A stretch of 32,000 nucleotides of DNA, taken from contig NZ_JBAGJC010000005.1 of assembly GCF_036864765.1 (NCBI RefSeq), forward strand, positions 340,143 to 372,142, in the 5' to 3' direction. The DNA comes from Paenibacillus sanfengchensis. Its GTDB lineage: Bacteria; Bacillota; Bacilli; Paenibacillales; Paenibacillaceae. A model generated the notes under the pieces. It was given only the letters and a program-made list of their open reading frames with translations. It was not told the origin of the DNA and did no database searches. This document shows, in pieces, positions 8,301-16,585 of this stretch. Position 1 is the first letter of the stretch, and each line of letters opens with the position of its first letter. A program made the translations under genes and the position numbers.

Positions 8301-9299
8301 CTATGTTCTCCCTACAGATTGATACGAAAGGAAACCCGTGAGGCGCACTGTAGATGGTTTACGAGGTAGCTTTTTCAGCGCTTCCACCAACTTCACGTCT
8401 ACCCGGTCCTCCCGCGTGACGAAATAACGGACGGAGCGGTTTATACTACACCCACTCTTACTCAGCCCAAATACGTCCACTTCCGTATTCGGATCGCCCA
8501 CATACCCATACAACGTCGGGTTATTCCCCGCCAGCCCGATCGGGTCCTGCTGCGTATAAATCCCTTCATGCGGCGAGTAATAGCGGAAGCGGTTGTAGTA
8601 TAGCCCCGTTTCCACGTCCTCGTATTGACCCGGGTATCGGAACGGGCAATCGGATCTCTTGCCACGGAGATAAATTCCGCGGATATCCCCGTAAATGTCC
8701 AATTCGGCGGCCCATACGCGTTCCCCGTGTGCATCATACATCTCTACCGGGGTGCCCAGGTGGTCGGTGATGATACTGTATGTCCCGTTGACCGTGATTT
8801 TGGCGGCCGGCCGGAAGGTTCCGTCTTCAAACACCCAGGTCGTCAGGCTCGCGGGGGCGGGTTCTTGCGCAACAGCGGGTTGAGCTAGCAGGTACTTAAA
8901 TTTTTCTGCCGCTCCTTGAGGTGCAGCTAAAGCAGCAGATTCAGGGTTTCCTTCCTGCTCTCCTGGTTTACTCTCCGCTGCCCACTCATGCAAAATCTGG
9001 TTCCCGTCCCATATATAGCGGTATACTACGCCGTTGAAGCGCTTCTCAATCCGGCGGCCCATGCTGTCGTAGGTGAACACCACTTCCTGTCCGTCCGGGC
9101 GCACCACTTTGCTCATCATGCCGTTGTCGTAATACTCGTAACGCCAGCGAGTTTTGTCCGGGTCCACCTTTTCGATCAGTTGGCCTTCCTCGTCATAGCT
9201 GTACTTCGTTCCTTTGAACTCTAGCAAGCGCCCGCCCGCGCCATATTTCCGGTCCGTGCGCAGGCCGCAACTGTACAGGTTCCCGACATCGTCCGTCAT
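8301..9299 (-). CDS. Orphan Rhs C-terminal cassette (Rhs core end plus an alternative short C-terminal tail); no N-terminal part
   Basis: The 332-aa ORF is about 95% identical, by eye, to the corresponding stretch of the 1914-aa Rhs protein up to ...DPIGLAGNNPTLYGYVGDPN. It then diverges: TEVDVFGL|SKSGCSINRSVRYFVTREDRVDVKLVEALKKLPRKPSTVRLTGFLSYQSVGRT. Rhs-like coding sequence continues upstream of the ATG to about 9356 (DFTLTWIGSSNEFGSLFRM), where an in-frame stop precedes it. Confidence 0.8.
   Translation of the reverse strand: MTDDVGNLYSCGLRTDRKYGAGGRLLEFKGTKYSYDEEGQLIEKVDPDKTRWRYEYYDNGMMSKVVRPDGQEVVFTYDSMGRRIEKRFNGVVYRYIWDGNQILHEWAAESKPGEQEGNPESAALAAPQGAAEKFKYLLAQPAVAQEPAPASLTTWVFEDGTFRPAAKITVNGTYSIITDHLGTPVEMYDAHGERVWAAELDIYGDIRGIYLRGKRSDCPFRYPGQYEDVETGLYYNRFRYYSPHEGIYTQQDPIGLAGNNPTLYGYVGDPNTEVDVFGLSKSGCSINRSVRYFVTREDRVDVKLVEALKKLPRKPSTVRLTGFLSYQSVGRT
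8487..9293. repeat. Direct repeat copy A (orphan rhs) of an approximately 807-bp near-identical segment
   Basis: Aligns without indels to 11252-12058 at a constant offset of 2765 bp at both ends, with only scattered substitutions. Confidence 0.9.
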
Positions 9300-9413
9300 C
9301 CGGAACAGGCTGCCGAACTCGTTGCTCGATCCGATCCAAGTTAGGGTGAAGTCCCTTTTTTATGCCCAGAATTTCTTGTCGTACAAAGAATCAAATTTAT
9401 GAAAAATGCTCAT

Positions 9414-9444
9414 AAAAAAATAGCTGTCGAGACTCCTCGACAGC
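9414..9444 (-). terminator. Intrinsic terminator after the 193-aa immunity-like gene
   Basis: GCTGTCGAG (9423-9431) / CTCGACAGC (9436-9444) hairpin with loop ACTC. On the minus strand it is followed by a U-run (plus A-run 9414-9420). Confidence 0.85.
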
Positions 9445-9461
9445 CTTAACCCTATAATAAC

Positions 9462-10043
9462 CTAACGCTCCGGATCTACTCTAAAATTGTATTGGTCAAT
9501 ACTTTTTGAAAAATCGAAATTTGGTAATGCTTCTCTTTCTTGTAGCTCAAGTAAGTAACCACATTCCGCTGAATATCCCTTATTCGGTTCGCAAAAACCA
9601 ACAATACGAACTCCATAGCATCCATTCTTTAGCTTTATAGCATCGCTTGAGCTTGACCTATTCTCTTGAAAAAAGTCATAATCCATGTAAAAACTGGGAT
9701 CCCAATAAATAATAGATTCTATATCTGACACGACCAACTTTCCGCTTGTAACTGTAAGAGGAAATAACCTTTCTGTTTCGAATATCTTCCATCCCTCCGG
9801 GATAATCTGTTTGTTACTATTGCTATTATTGATATAAATAGTATAGTCAATATCCGGTATTGGATAAATCGGGATTATAACTCCTTGATATATAGCTTCC
9901 TCGCCTACAAGCTCGTGCTCATAAAAATAGGTAACTAAATCTGAGCTTACTATCCCGTTATCCTTAACAAATCTATCTAAGTTAGCAGGGTCAAATATAA
10001 CAATTCCTTGCATATGAAGTGTTAATTGAAGTTTACTTGTCAT
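9462..10043 (-). CDS. Hypothetical protein, candidate orphan immunity protein (AT-rich, no cognate toxin upstream)
   Basis: A 193-195-aa ORF. The ATG at 10043 lies 9 nt after AGGAGG; the track start is the GTG at 10049. It is markedly AT-rich compared with flanking rhs DNA, has no signal peptide or TM segment, and lies between an Rhs scar and the orphan Rhs cassette. No family was recognised. Confidence 0.6.
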   Translation of the reverse strand: MTSKLQLTLHMQGIVIFDPANLDRFVKDNGIVSSDLVTYFYEHELVGEEAIYQGVIIPIYPIPDIDYTIYINNSNSNKQIIPEGWKIFETERLFPLTVTSGKLVVSDIESIIYWDPSFYMDYDFFQENRSSSSDAIKLKNGCYGVRIVGFCEPNKGYSAECGYLLELQEREALPNFDFSKSIDQYNFRVDPER

Positions 10044-10116
10044 GGGCACTTACCTCCTAGCATTTTCACTTGCTTCTTATTCCATTTTAAGGATTTATCG
10101 AGAGCTCCCTTTATAG

Positions 10117-10278
10117 TTATATTTTTTGCCAGAATTTCACCAGTATCGCGTATCTTAAGATAGCCTCTTTGCGGTTGCCGAGTTCATCGTACGTGCTGGC
10201 GACCCAATAATAGTCCCACCATTTCTTGACCAGGCTGCCGAACTCCAGCCGAACGCCGTTCCACAAGACTGCAAACAT
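10117..10278 (-). pseudogene. Rhs-repeat scar (53-codon remnant)
   Basis: Minus-strand translation is MFAVLWNGVRLEFGSLVKKWWDYYWVASTYDELGNRKEAILRYAILVKFWQKI-stop. The central part parallels LEYDATGRLIKEWRDRYWIASTYDELGNRKEI of the main Rhs protein, and the DNA at 10166-10262 resembles 12481-12580. It is below the 60-aa track threshold. Confidence 0.7.
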
Positions 10279-10328
10279 ATTTTCTTATAAATACCAATCC
10301 ACCGAATATTGTACAAGTAATTTCGCTT

Positions 10329-10389
10329 AAAACACAAAAACACATGTAAAGAAAAGAGCTATACATTTTCTTTACATGTGTTGTGTTTT
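10329..10389. terminator. Long near-perfect hairpin downstream of the immunity gene (bidirectional terminator-like)
   Basis: AAAACACAAAAACACATGTAAAGAAAA (10329-10355) pairs with TTTTCTTTACATGTGTTGTGTTTT (10366-10389). The flanks are A/T-rich on both sides. Confidence 0.75.
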
Positions 10390-10472
10390 AACTAGCTAAA
10401 TCAAGATTGAAAAATACAAAATTATTTGAGCAACACTTTTTGTTAAATTTAAAAAATATACTTTGACCCTAG

Positions 10473-10820
10473 TTATTCAGGATAATCATCATATACCCCA
10501 TTTGAAGTAAAATATTTAATTGTAAATTTTATTATGTTATCTTCCAAATCTATTTCTGGATCAAAAATTTTTAAATTATTTTGTCGCAATTTTAGTTTAT
10601 AGGATTGAATCTCAGTTACAATATCATCTAATAAACTAATTGAAAAATCATCGACACATCCCCAATATTCTCTTGTAAGTTCGATTAATTCTTCAGGAAG
10701 ATTATTTTTTAAGATGTCTCCCTGAAAATGATATTCCATATCGAATTCTTGAATTTCAATATAGGCTAGATCTTTATTTAATTTCTCAGAAAAAATGTAA
10801 TCATATTTATAAGCGAGCAT
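10473..10820 (-). CDS. Putative cognate immunity protein of the Rhs C-terminal toxin
   Basis: A 115-aa acidic ORF starts 2 nt after the rhs stop and shares the AT-rich composition of the toxin-encoding 3' end of rhs. No family was recognised. Confidence 0.7.
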   Translation of the reverse strand: MLAYKYDYIFSEKLNKDLAYIEIQEFDMEYHFQGDILKNNLPEELIELTREYWGCVDDFSISLLDDIVTEIQSYKLKLRQNNLKIFDPEIDLEDNIIKFTIKYFTSNGVYDDYPE

Positions 10821-10822
10821 TT

Positions 10823-13800
10823 TTAACCTCCTTTACAAGAGAATTTCCCTGAGAGATTTTGTAAATTACTCTCTGTAAAACCTACAAAACCTTGTGGGTG
10901 TGTTAATCGAGCATGATTTTCACCCAGTCTTCCTTTTTTAGATGGATCATGTATAACATCAAATCCAGATTCTCTAATTTTTTCAACAGATGACCCTTTA
11001 ATTGAAGTTAGTTCTACTTGTCGTTCAGGAAACGCACTATTCCAAATTTCCTGTGCATGTTCTGCATTATTCGCCCTTATTAATGAAATTCCATTCGGAT
11101 TCAATCTTCCTTTCGATGCTGCTTCAATTTCACGTTGATTTGGTAAGAAAGCTTGTATTCCTTTCTCTTGAGAAATTCTAAAAACCCTTGTACCATCTGG
11201 TAACGGTGAGCCAGGTATTAATTCTAGTAGTCCAAACGTATCGATAGAACTATTCGGATCACCCACATACCCATACAACGTCGGGTTATTCCCCGCCAGC
11301 CCGATCGGGTCCTGCTGCGTATACATTCCTTCATGCGACGAGTAGTAGCGGAAGCGGTTGTAGTACAGCCCCGTTTCCACGTCCTCGTATTGACCCGGGT
11401 ATCGGAACGGGCAATCGGATCTCTTGCCCCGCAGATAAATCCCGCGGATATCCCCGTAAATATCCAATTCGGCGGCCCAGACGCGTTCCCCTTGCTCATC
11501 ATACATCTCTACCGGGGTGCCCAGGTGGTCGGTGATGATACTGTATGTCCCGTTGGCCGTGATTTTGGCGGCCGGGCGGAAGGTTCCGTCTTCAAACACC
11601 CAGGTCGTCAGGCTCGCGGGGTCGGGTTCTTGCGCAACAGTGGGTTGAGCTAGCAGGTACTTAAATTTTTCTGCCGCTCCTTGAGGTGCAGCTAAAGCAG
11701 CAGATTCAGGGTTTCCTTCCTGCTCTCCTGGTTTACTCTCCGCTGCCCACTCATGCAAAATCTGGTTCCCGTCCCATATATAGCAGTATACTACGCCTTT
11801 GAAGCGCTTCTCAATCCGGCGGCCCAAGCTGTCGTACGTGAACACCACTTCCTGGCCGTCCGGCCGCACGACTTTGCTCATCATGCCGTTGGCGTAATAC
11901 TCGTAACGCCAGCGAGTTTTGTCCGGGTCCACCTTTTCGATCAGTTGACCCTCCTCGTCATAGCTGTACTTCGTTCCTTCGAACTCCAGCAAGCGCCCGC
12001 CCGCGCCATATTTCCGGTCCGTGCGCAGGCCGCAGCTGTATAGGTTCCCGACATCGTCGACCATGCGGAAGATTTTATTAAACTCATTGCTGGCCCCAAT
12101 CAGGGTGCCGAAATCGTCATAGTTATAGCTGATTTGTTTGCCGGTCAGTTCGTTCGTCAGTGATTTCAGCCTGTAGTTGATATCCCAGGCATACCTTCTC
12201 TTCCGGCTTTCCCGGCCGCCGATGTTTACGCTATGCCGCTCCGGTCTGCCGGCGATGTCGTATTGCCATCGGCTCACTACGCCGCCGGGGAGCAACCTTT
12301 CGATCTCTTGCCCCAGCTTGTTGTAAGACATCTGCGCCGTCCATGGCATGGCCGTTCCCGCCGAGGCCGTTCCGGGATCAGCCTGCTCTTGTCCCTGCCC
12401 TTTTTGCTCGGCCTGCAACTGGCTGATCTGGCCCAGCACATCCCGGTCCATCCTGATTTGTGCACCCAGGCTGCTGTTTATTTCCTTTCGGTTACCGAGT
12501 TCATCATACGTGCTGGCGATCCAATAACGGTCCCGCCATTCCTTGATCAGGCGACCGGTCGCATCATACTCCAGCTTGATCGCAGCAAACGGATTGGAGG
12601 TCTCCAACAAAACTCCGATCCGGTTGTACCTGAACGTTTCGCTCAAACCGTCGCTATAGTCTGTCTGAGTCACACGGCCCATCTCATCATAACTGAAAGC
12701 CGACCACCGGCCGCCGGGACGCTCCACTCTCTCCAGCATCCCACCCGGGCTGCGCACATATTGTCTGACAATGCCGTCAAACCCGGTTTCCCGCACAATT
12801 TCGCCGTTCGCGTCACGTTCAAGCACATAGCGCTCCCCGTGCTCATTCACGACCGCAGTCAGCTCTTCCTCGTTGTTGTAGACCAGCTCAACCCGCTTGC
12901 CTTTGGCTTCGCGCCAGGTCAACTGGCCGAGCGGAGTATACCCGAAAGTGACGCGCAGCTTGGCATCCTCCGCGGCGATCACTTCCTCATACGCATTGTA
13001 CCGCAACTTGACCACATTGCCGTCCGGCAGCTCCGCGCGAACCACGCGGCCCAGCGCGTCATATTCCAGGCTTTGCTTTGCGCCGAGAGGGTTCGTCTCC
13101 TGAACCATCTCGCCCCGGTTATTATAGCGCCACTCGGCACTCGATCCGTCCGCAAGCGTCATCCGGGTTAAATTGCAGTGGTCGTCATAAGCCAGGAGCG
13201 TCGCCGCCCCCGACGGGTTACGCACCTCGCGAATCCGGTGGTGTTCATCATACGCGAACGTCGCAACCGTCCCTTCGGGGCCGATGATTCTGTATAATCT
13301 CCCCCGTTCGTCATACACCCACGACTGACTACCGCCTTCCGGGTCGGTCACCTGCAGCAACTGCCCCTGCTCGCTGTACTTATACTGCCAACTGCCGCCG
13401 TCCGGCTGGATCGTCCGCACCAATTGCCCGAGCTCGTCGTACACATACTCCGTCTTCCGGCCGTCCGGGTCCGTTTCGCTGAGCAGGTCGGCCGTATCGC
13501 TGTACGTATATTCGGTGCGGCCGCCCAGCGGGTTGACGATCGCCGTACAATAATAGTCCGGGGTATATTCATACCTTGTCGTATGCCCCTGGCTGTTCGT
13601 CACCTCATTGTACCCGTCAAAATAGGCGATTCGCCCTTCCAACAACCCATCTTCGCCCCACGTATGCACACAGCGCGCGCCGGTGGTAGGGCCGTCATAA
13701 CGCCAGTAAAAACGGTATCCGTTGCGGTCCTTCTTCCCAATCAGCAGATGCTGGTCATAGGTTTGATACGTGGTCTGTCCCAGCGCGTCCGTAATGGCGA

Positions 13801-16567
13801 CCAGATCGCCCGCTTCGTTATACCGGTACTGCACCAGCACCTCGCGCTGCTCACTCAGCCGGCTGTCCGGGTTTGTGCGGTACACATGAGTGACCTTCGT
13901 GATCCTCCCCGCAGCATCCGTATCGACCTCCAGCACACGTCCCACACTGTCTATGACCTGCTGCAAAAAGCCCCGCTCATCATAATGCAGCTCAATCCGC
14001 TGACCAAGTTCGTTTTCCACCCGCACCAACTGGTACGGGACGGAGGTATCCTCCTCCGCATCGTCAACCGCCACCGGATGCCGTGTTGCCCCCGCCGACA
14101 GCGTCTCCGCCTTTGTCCTTGTCTCCTCTCCCGATGCCGAGCCTGCAGAGAACGATGCGGTAGCCTCCGAGCCGAAACTAACCCCGGGCACGGGCGCAAA
14201 ATAATACGTCAACCGCCGCTCATGCTCATACAGCGCGTAGTTGTGCCCCAGGCGGCGCAGTGTCAGCCGCTCGGCGCGGTTAAACGTCTCCACGCGGCCA
14301 CGGTGCAGCAGTTCGAACGCCGCCGCCCGGCCATCGCCGAGCAGCACCCCGATGCCCTCCTTCAGCACGGCGAGGCGCATATCGAGGGCATGATGCACAC
14401 CGTGACCGAGCCAGCCGCGGTACCCGCTGTCGCTGATCCACCGGCGCTCCCAGACCAAGGGCAGGGGGCCGGGGAACTCGAAGTCCGTGGCCTGGCTTAT
14501 CATCCGTCCGGTAATTAAATCCACAGGCTCAAAGCCCCATTTACAGAACTTCTCACTTAACCCTTCTGTACATGTGAAATTTTTCAGCACCTTGTGATTC
14601 AAAGCGGTCAGCGCTTTGTGTAAACCGGATTTTTCCAAGGCCGCCTGCACCAGCTTGCCCGTTCGCTCCGCCAGCTCGTCCTGCATTTTCGCCAGTTTTT
14701 CCGCGACCTGCTTCTGAATGACATCGGTCTGGCCCACGACCTTTTTCGCGGCCGTAAGCACCTTGTCCATTTGGCTTTTGCCCAGCTTCAGGACCTTCTC
14801 CCCGCCAAACTTCACTACCGCCTTGCCGATCTTGCTCGCGGCCTTCCCCGCCAGACGGGCGGCGCCAAAGGCGTCCCCGACCCCGGGGATCATGCATACG
14901 AGCGACAGACCCGCGCCTACAACATCCCCGCGAGCCAGGCTGATCCCCGCGTTGAGCACATCGAACACCGCGCCGACGCCGGGCAGCATGCCCAGTACGT
15001 CCAGACCGGTCTGGATCTTGTCCCAGAACCCTTCTTTTTCCTTATCGATCTTCGCCTGCTCGGCTTCCGGATTGGTCAGCTTCTCAAACGGCTGCCGATC
15101 CCGGCCTTCGGCCACAATGACCTGACCGGCGATTTCCACATTGTCGTTTATGATCATGCTGCCGCCCTTGCCGACGACGATGATTTCCTCTTCCGCGATC
15201 GCCTGAAACTGCTTGAACCCGCTAAAATCGATTTTCTCCGGTGCCATCCAGACGATATCCTGTTCACTGTGCAGCTCGATCCCCGTGCCCTCATGAATCG
15301 ACAAGTACAGCGAGCCCTCTTTGGCCGTAAAAGAAATGTCCTGCAGTCCCAGTACAAAATCCTTGCCATAGCTGGTAGTAAACGATTTTACCGTGGAATC
15401 GGCCATTTTCTGACCGGCTTTGGCGGACGCTTCTCCGCCGGCGGACAAAGGCGTGCGCACCGAATTGATCAGCATCGCGTCGTCCTCGTCTTTGCCCGGG
15501 AAATACAGCTTGACCCGCGACCCCACCTGCGGCATCGTATGCAGCAAATGGCTGAACGGCGAAGAATAAGGGAACCAGACGGCTTCCGCTTCACTCTGCT
15601 CCGGATCGATATCCAGATGTACTTTGGCCATATTGGGAGCAACACCGATAACCTTGCCTTCTAACGCCAGCCCGACCAAATACGGATTGTACCGCTGGTT
15701 TTGCCGGATCCCTTCGGGCAGCGCACACAAATAATCAAACTCGAGAATGCCTTTACGGAGTTCCGCCTCCAGCCCCATGACCGTAAACCACACGCCGCCA
15801 AGCTCCACCTGATCACCCAACTGAAGCAGTTGCTCCAGCCTGACCACACAACGGGTAAAAGAGTTCTCCCGCAGTCTCTCGTTCGGCGCCGCGATCGCGG
15901 TCAGGAAGGCATCCACCTCCCGTCCGAGCCGATAGGCCGTCCCTTCCGGCAGCTTCAACCGGCCGGATCGGGCGGGAGCTCCGATCCAGATCCGCGCCTC
16001 ATCCCCGGAGACGTCCGGCGTCAACACCGCCCCCGCGTGGGAAGCGACCCGCTGCAGAAACTCCCAATCCGTCTCTTCGTACTGAAGCAGCAGCTTCCCG
16101 ATTGGCCGCGACGTATCGAACGCATTTTCCTGAAGGCGGTGGCTGTAAGGAGATAACACTTCGTCGATCACTTCGCGGTAACGCATATTTAGCTGCTGAA
16201 ACGAACGGCTTTTCCGTTCGATGTCCAGTTGATAGGTTGGCGAAATCACGACCAGTTCGATGTGCTGATTGTTTTGCACCTCATGCAGCTCAAGCTGATG
16301 AAGCTGTCCCAGAAACAGCGGATAGTCCGGGAGACCGCCCCGGCCGTGTCCCCATAATCCGACGCGGTCGCCACTGCTTGCCCGCTCGACGATTTCTTCG
16401 CCGTTATGCTCCGGCAGTAATCCCCGCAGCATTAACCGCGCGTGATTGCCCGGATGGCGGATGATCTTGATCCCCTCCAGGCGAAGCCGGCCGTACGGCC
16501 ATGTTAGATATAGATCCCCAAGCGTAAGGCTCACGGGCTCACTTCTTTGTACTTTTTGCTCCAGCAT
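10823..16567 (-). CDS. VgrG/gp5-like spike domain fused to an Rhs/YD-repeat polymorphic toxin
   Basis: A 1914-aa ORF starting after the AAAGGAGGAG SD. The layout by residue is as follows. Aa 1-490 are paralogous to the 501-aa spike-like ORF (LLQYEETDWEFLQRVASH; VWFPYSS...MPQVGSRVKLYFPGKDEDDA). Aa about 520-580 form a Gly-zipper segment (GMLPGVGAVFDVLNAG...CMIPGVGDAFGAA). Aa about 680-730 read DLITGRMISQATDFEFPGPLPLVWERRW (Rhs-associated N-terminal plug-type motif). Many YD repeats follow (Y.YD..G.L). The core end is DPIGLAGNNPTLYGYVGDPNSSIDTFGL, followed by a 134-aa AT-rich C-terminal domain (10826-11227). Confidence 0.92.
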   Translation of the reverse strand: MLEQKVQRSEPVSLTLGDLYLTWPYGRLRLEGIKIIRHPGNHARLMLRGLLPEHNGEEIVERASSGDRVGLWGHGRGGLPDYPLFLGQLHQLELHEVQNNQHIELVVISPTYQLDIERKSRSFQQLNMRYREVIDEVLSPYSHRLQENAFDTSRPIGKLLLQYEETDWEFLQRVASHAGAVLTPDVSGDEARIWIGAPARSGRLKLPEGTAYRLGREVDAFLTAIAAPNERLRENSFTRCVVRLEQLLQLGDQVELGGVWFTVMGLEAELRKGILEFDYLCALPEGIRQNQRYNPYLVGLALEGKVIGVAPNMAKVHLDIDPEQSEAEAVWFPYSSPFSHLLHTMPQVGSRVKLYFPGKDEDDAMLINSVRTPLSAGGEASAKAGQKMADSTVKSFTTSYGKDFVLGLQDISFTAKEGSLYLSIHEGTGIELHSEQDIVWMAPEKIDFSGFKQFQAIAEEEIIVVGKGGSMIINDNVEIAGQVIVAEGRDRQPFEKLTNPEAEQAKIDKEKEGFWDKIQTGLDVLGMLPGVGAVFDVLNAGISLARGDVVGAGLSLVCMIPGVGDAFGAARLAGKAASKIGKAVVKFGGEKVLKLGKSQMDKVLTAAKKVVGQTDVIQKQVAEKLAKMQDELAERTGKLVQAALEKSGLHKALTALNHKVLKNFTCTEGLSEKFCKWGFEPVDLITGRMISQATDFEFPGPLPLVWERRWISDSGYRGWLGHGVHHALDMRLAVLKEGIGVLLGDGRAAAFELLHRGRVETFNRAERLTLRRLGHNYALYEHERRLTYYFAPVPGVSFGSEATASFSAGSASGEETRTKAETLSAGATRHPVAVDDAEEDTSVPYQLVRVENELGQRIELHYDERGFLQQVIDSVGRVLEVDTDAAGRITKVTHVYRTNPDSRLSEQREVLVQYRYNEAGDLVAITDALGQTTYQTYDQHLLIGKKDRNGYRFYWRYDGPTTGARCVHTWGEDGLLEGRIAYFDGYNEVTNSQGHTTRYEYTPDYYCTAIVNPLGGRTEYTYSDTADLLSETDPDGRKTEYVYDELGQLVRTIQPDGGSWQYKYSEQGQLLQVTDPEGGSQSWVYDERGRLYRIIGPEGTVATFAYDEHHRIREVRNPSGAATLLAYDDHCNLTRMTLADGSSAEWRYNNRGEMVQETNPLGAKQSLEYDALGRVVRAELPDGNVVKLRYNAYEEVIAAEDAKLRVTFGYTPLGQLTWREAKGKRVELVYNNEEELTAVVNEHGERYVLERDANGEIVRETGFDGIVRQYVRSPGGMLERVERPGGRWSAFSYDEMGRVTQTDYSDGLSETFRYNRIGVLLETSNPFAAIKLEYDATGRLIKEWRDRYWIASTYDELGNRKEINSSLGAQIRMDRDVLGQISQLQAEQKGQGQEQADPGTASAGTAMPWTAQMSYNKLGQEIERLLPGGVVSRWQYDIAGRPERHSVNIGGRESRKRRYAWDINYRLKSLTNELTGKQISYNYDDFGTLIGASNEFNKIFRMVDDVGNLYSCGLRTDRKYGAGGRLLEFEGTKYSYDEEGQLIEKVDPDKTRWRYEYYANGMMSKVVRPDGQEVVFTYDSLGRRIEKRFKGVVYCYIWDGNQILHEWAAESKPGEQEGNPESAALAAPQGAAEKFKYLLAQPTVAQEPDPASLTTWVFEDGTFRPAAKITANGTYSIITDHLGTPVEMYDEQGERVWAAELDIYGDIRGIYLRGKRSDCPFRYPGQYEDVETGLYYNRFRYYSSHEGMYTQQDPIGLAGNNPTLYGYVGDPNSSIDTFGLLELIPGSPLPDGTRVFRISQEKGIQAFLPNQREIEAASKGRLNPNGISLIRANNAEHAQEIWNSAFPERQVELTSIKGSSVEKIRESGFDVIHDPSKKGRLGENHARLTHPQGFVGFTESNLQNLSGKFSCKGG
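11252..12058. repeat. Direct repeat copy B (inside the main rhs gene)
   Basis: Partner of 8487-9293 (see above). It covers the last Rhs-core repeats up to the GDPN codons that precede the toxin domain. Confidence 0.9.
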
Positions 16568-16585
16568 GCCGCTCCTCCTTTCCCT

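Noticed and set aside
12233-15664. Long plus-strand ORFs (312, 364 and 297 aa, and others) inside the rhs gene
   Set aside because: All are in-register antisense frames of the GC-rich rhs coding sequence, with the same TTA/CTA/TCA-avoidance artefact. Their products are Arg/Pro/His-rich with no motifs. The minus strand encodes clear YD repeats.
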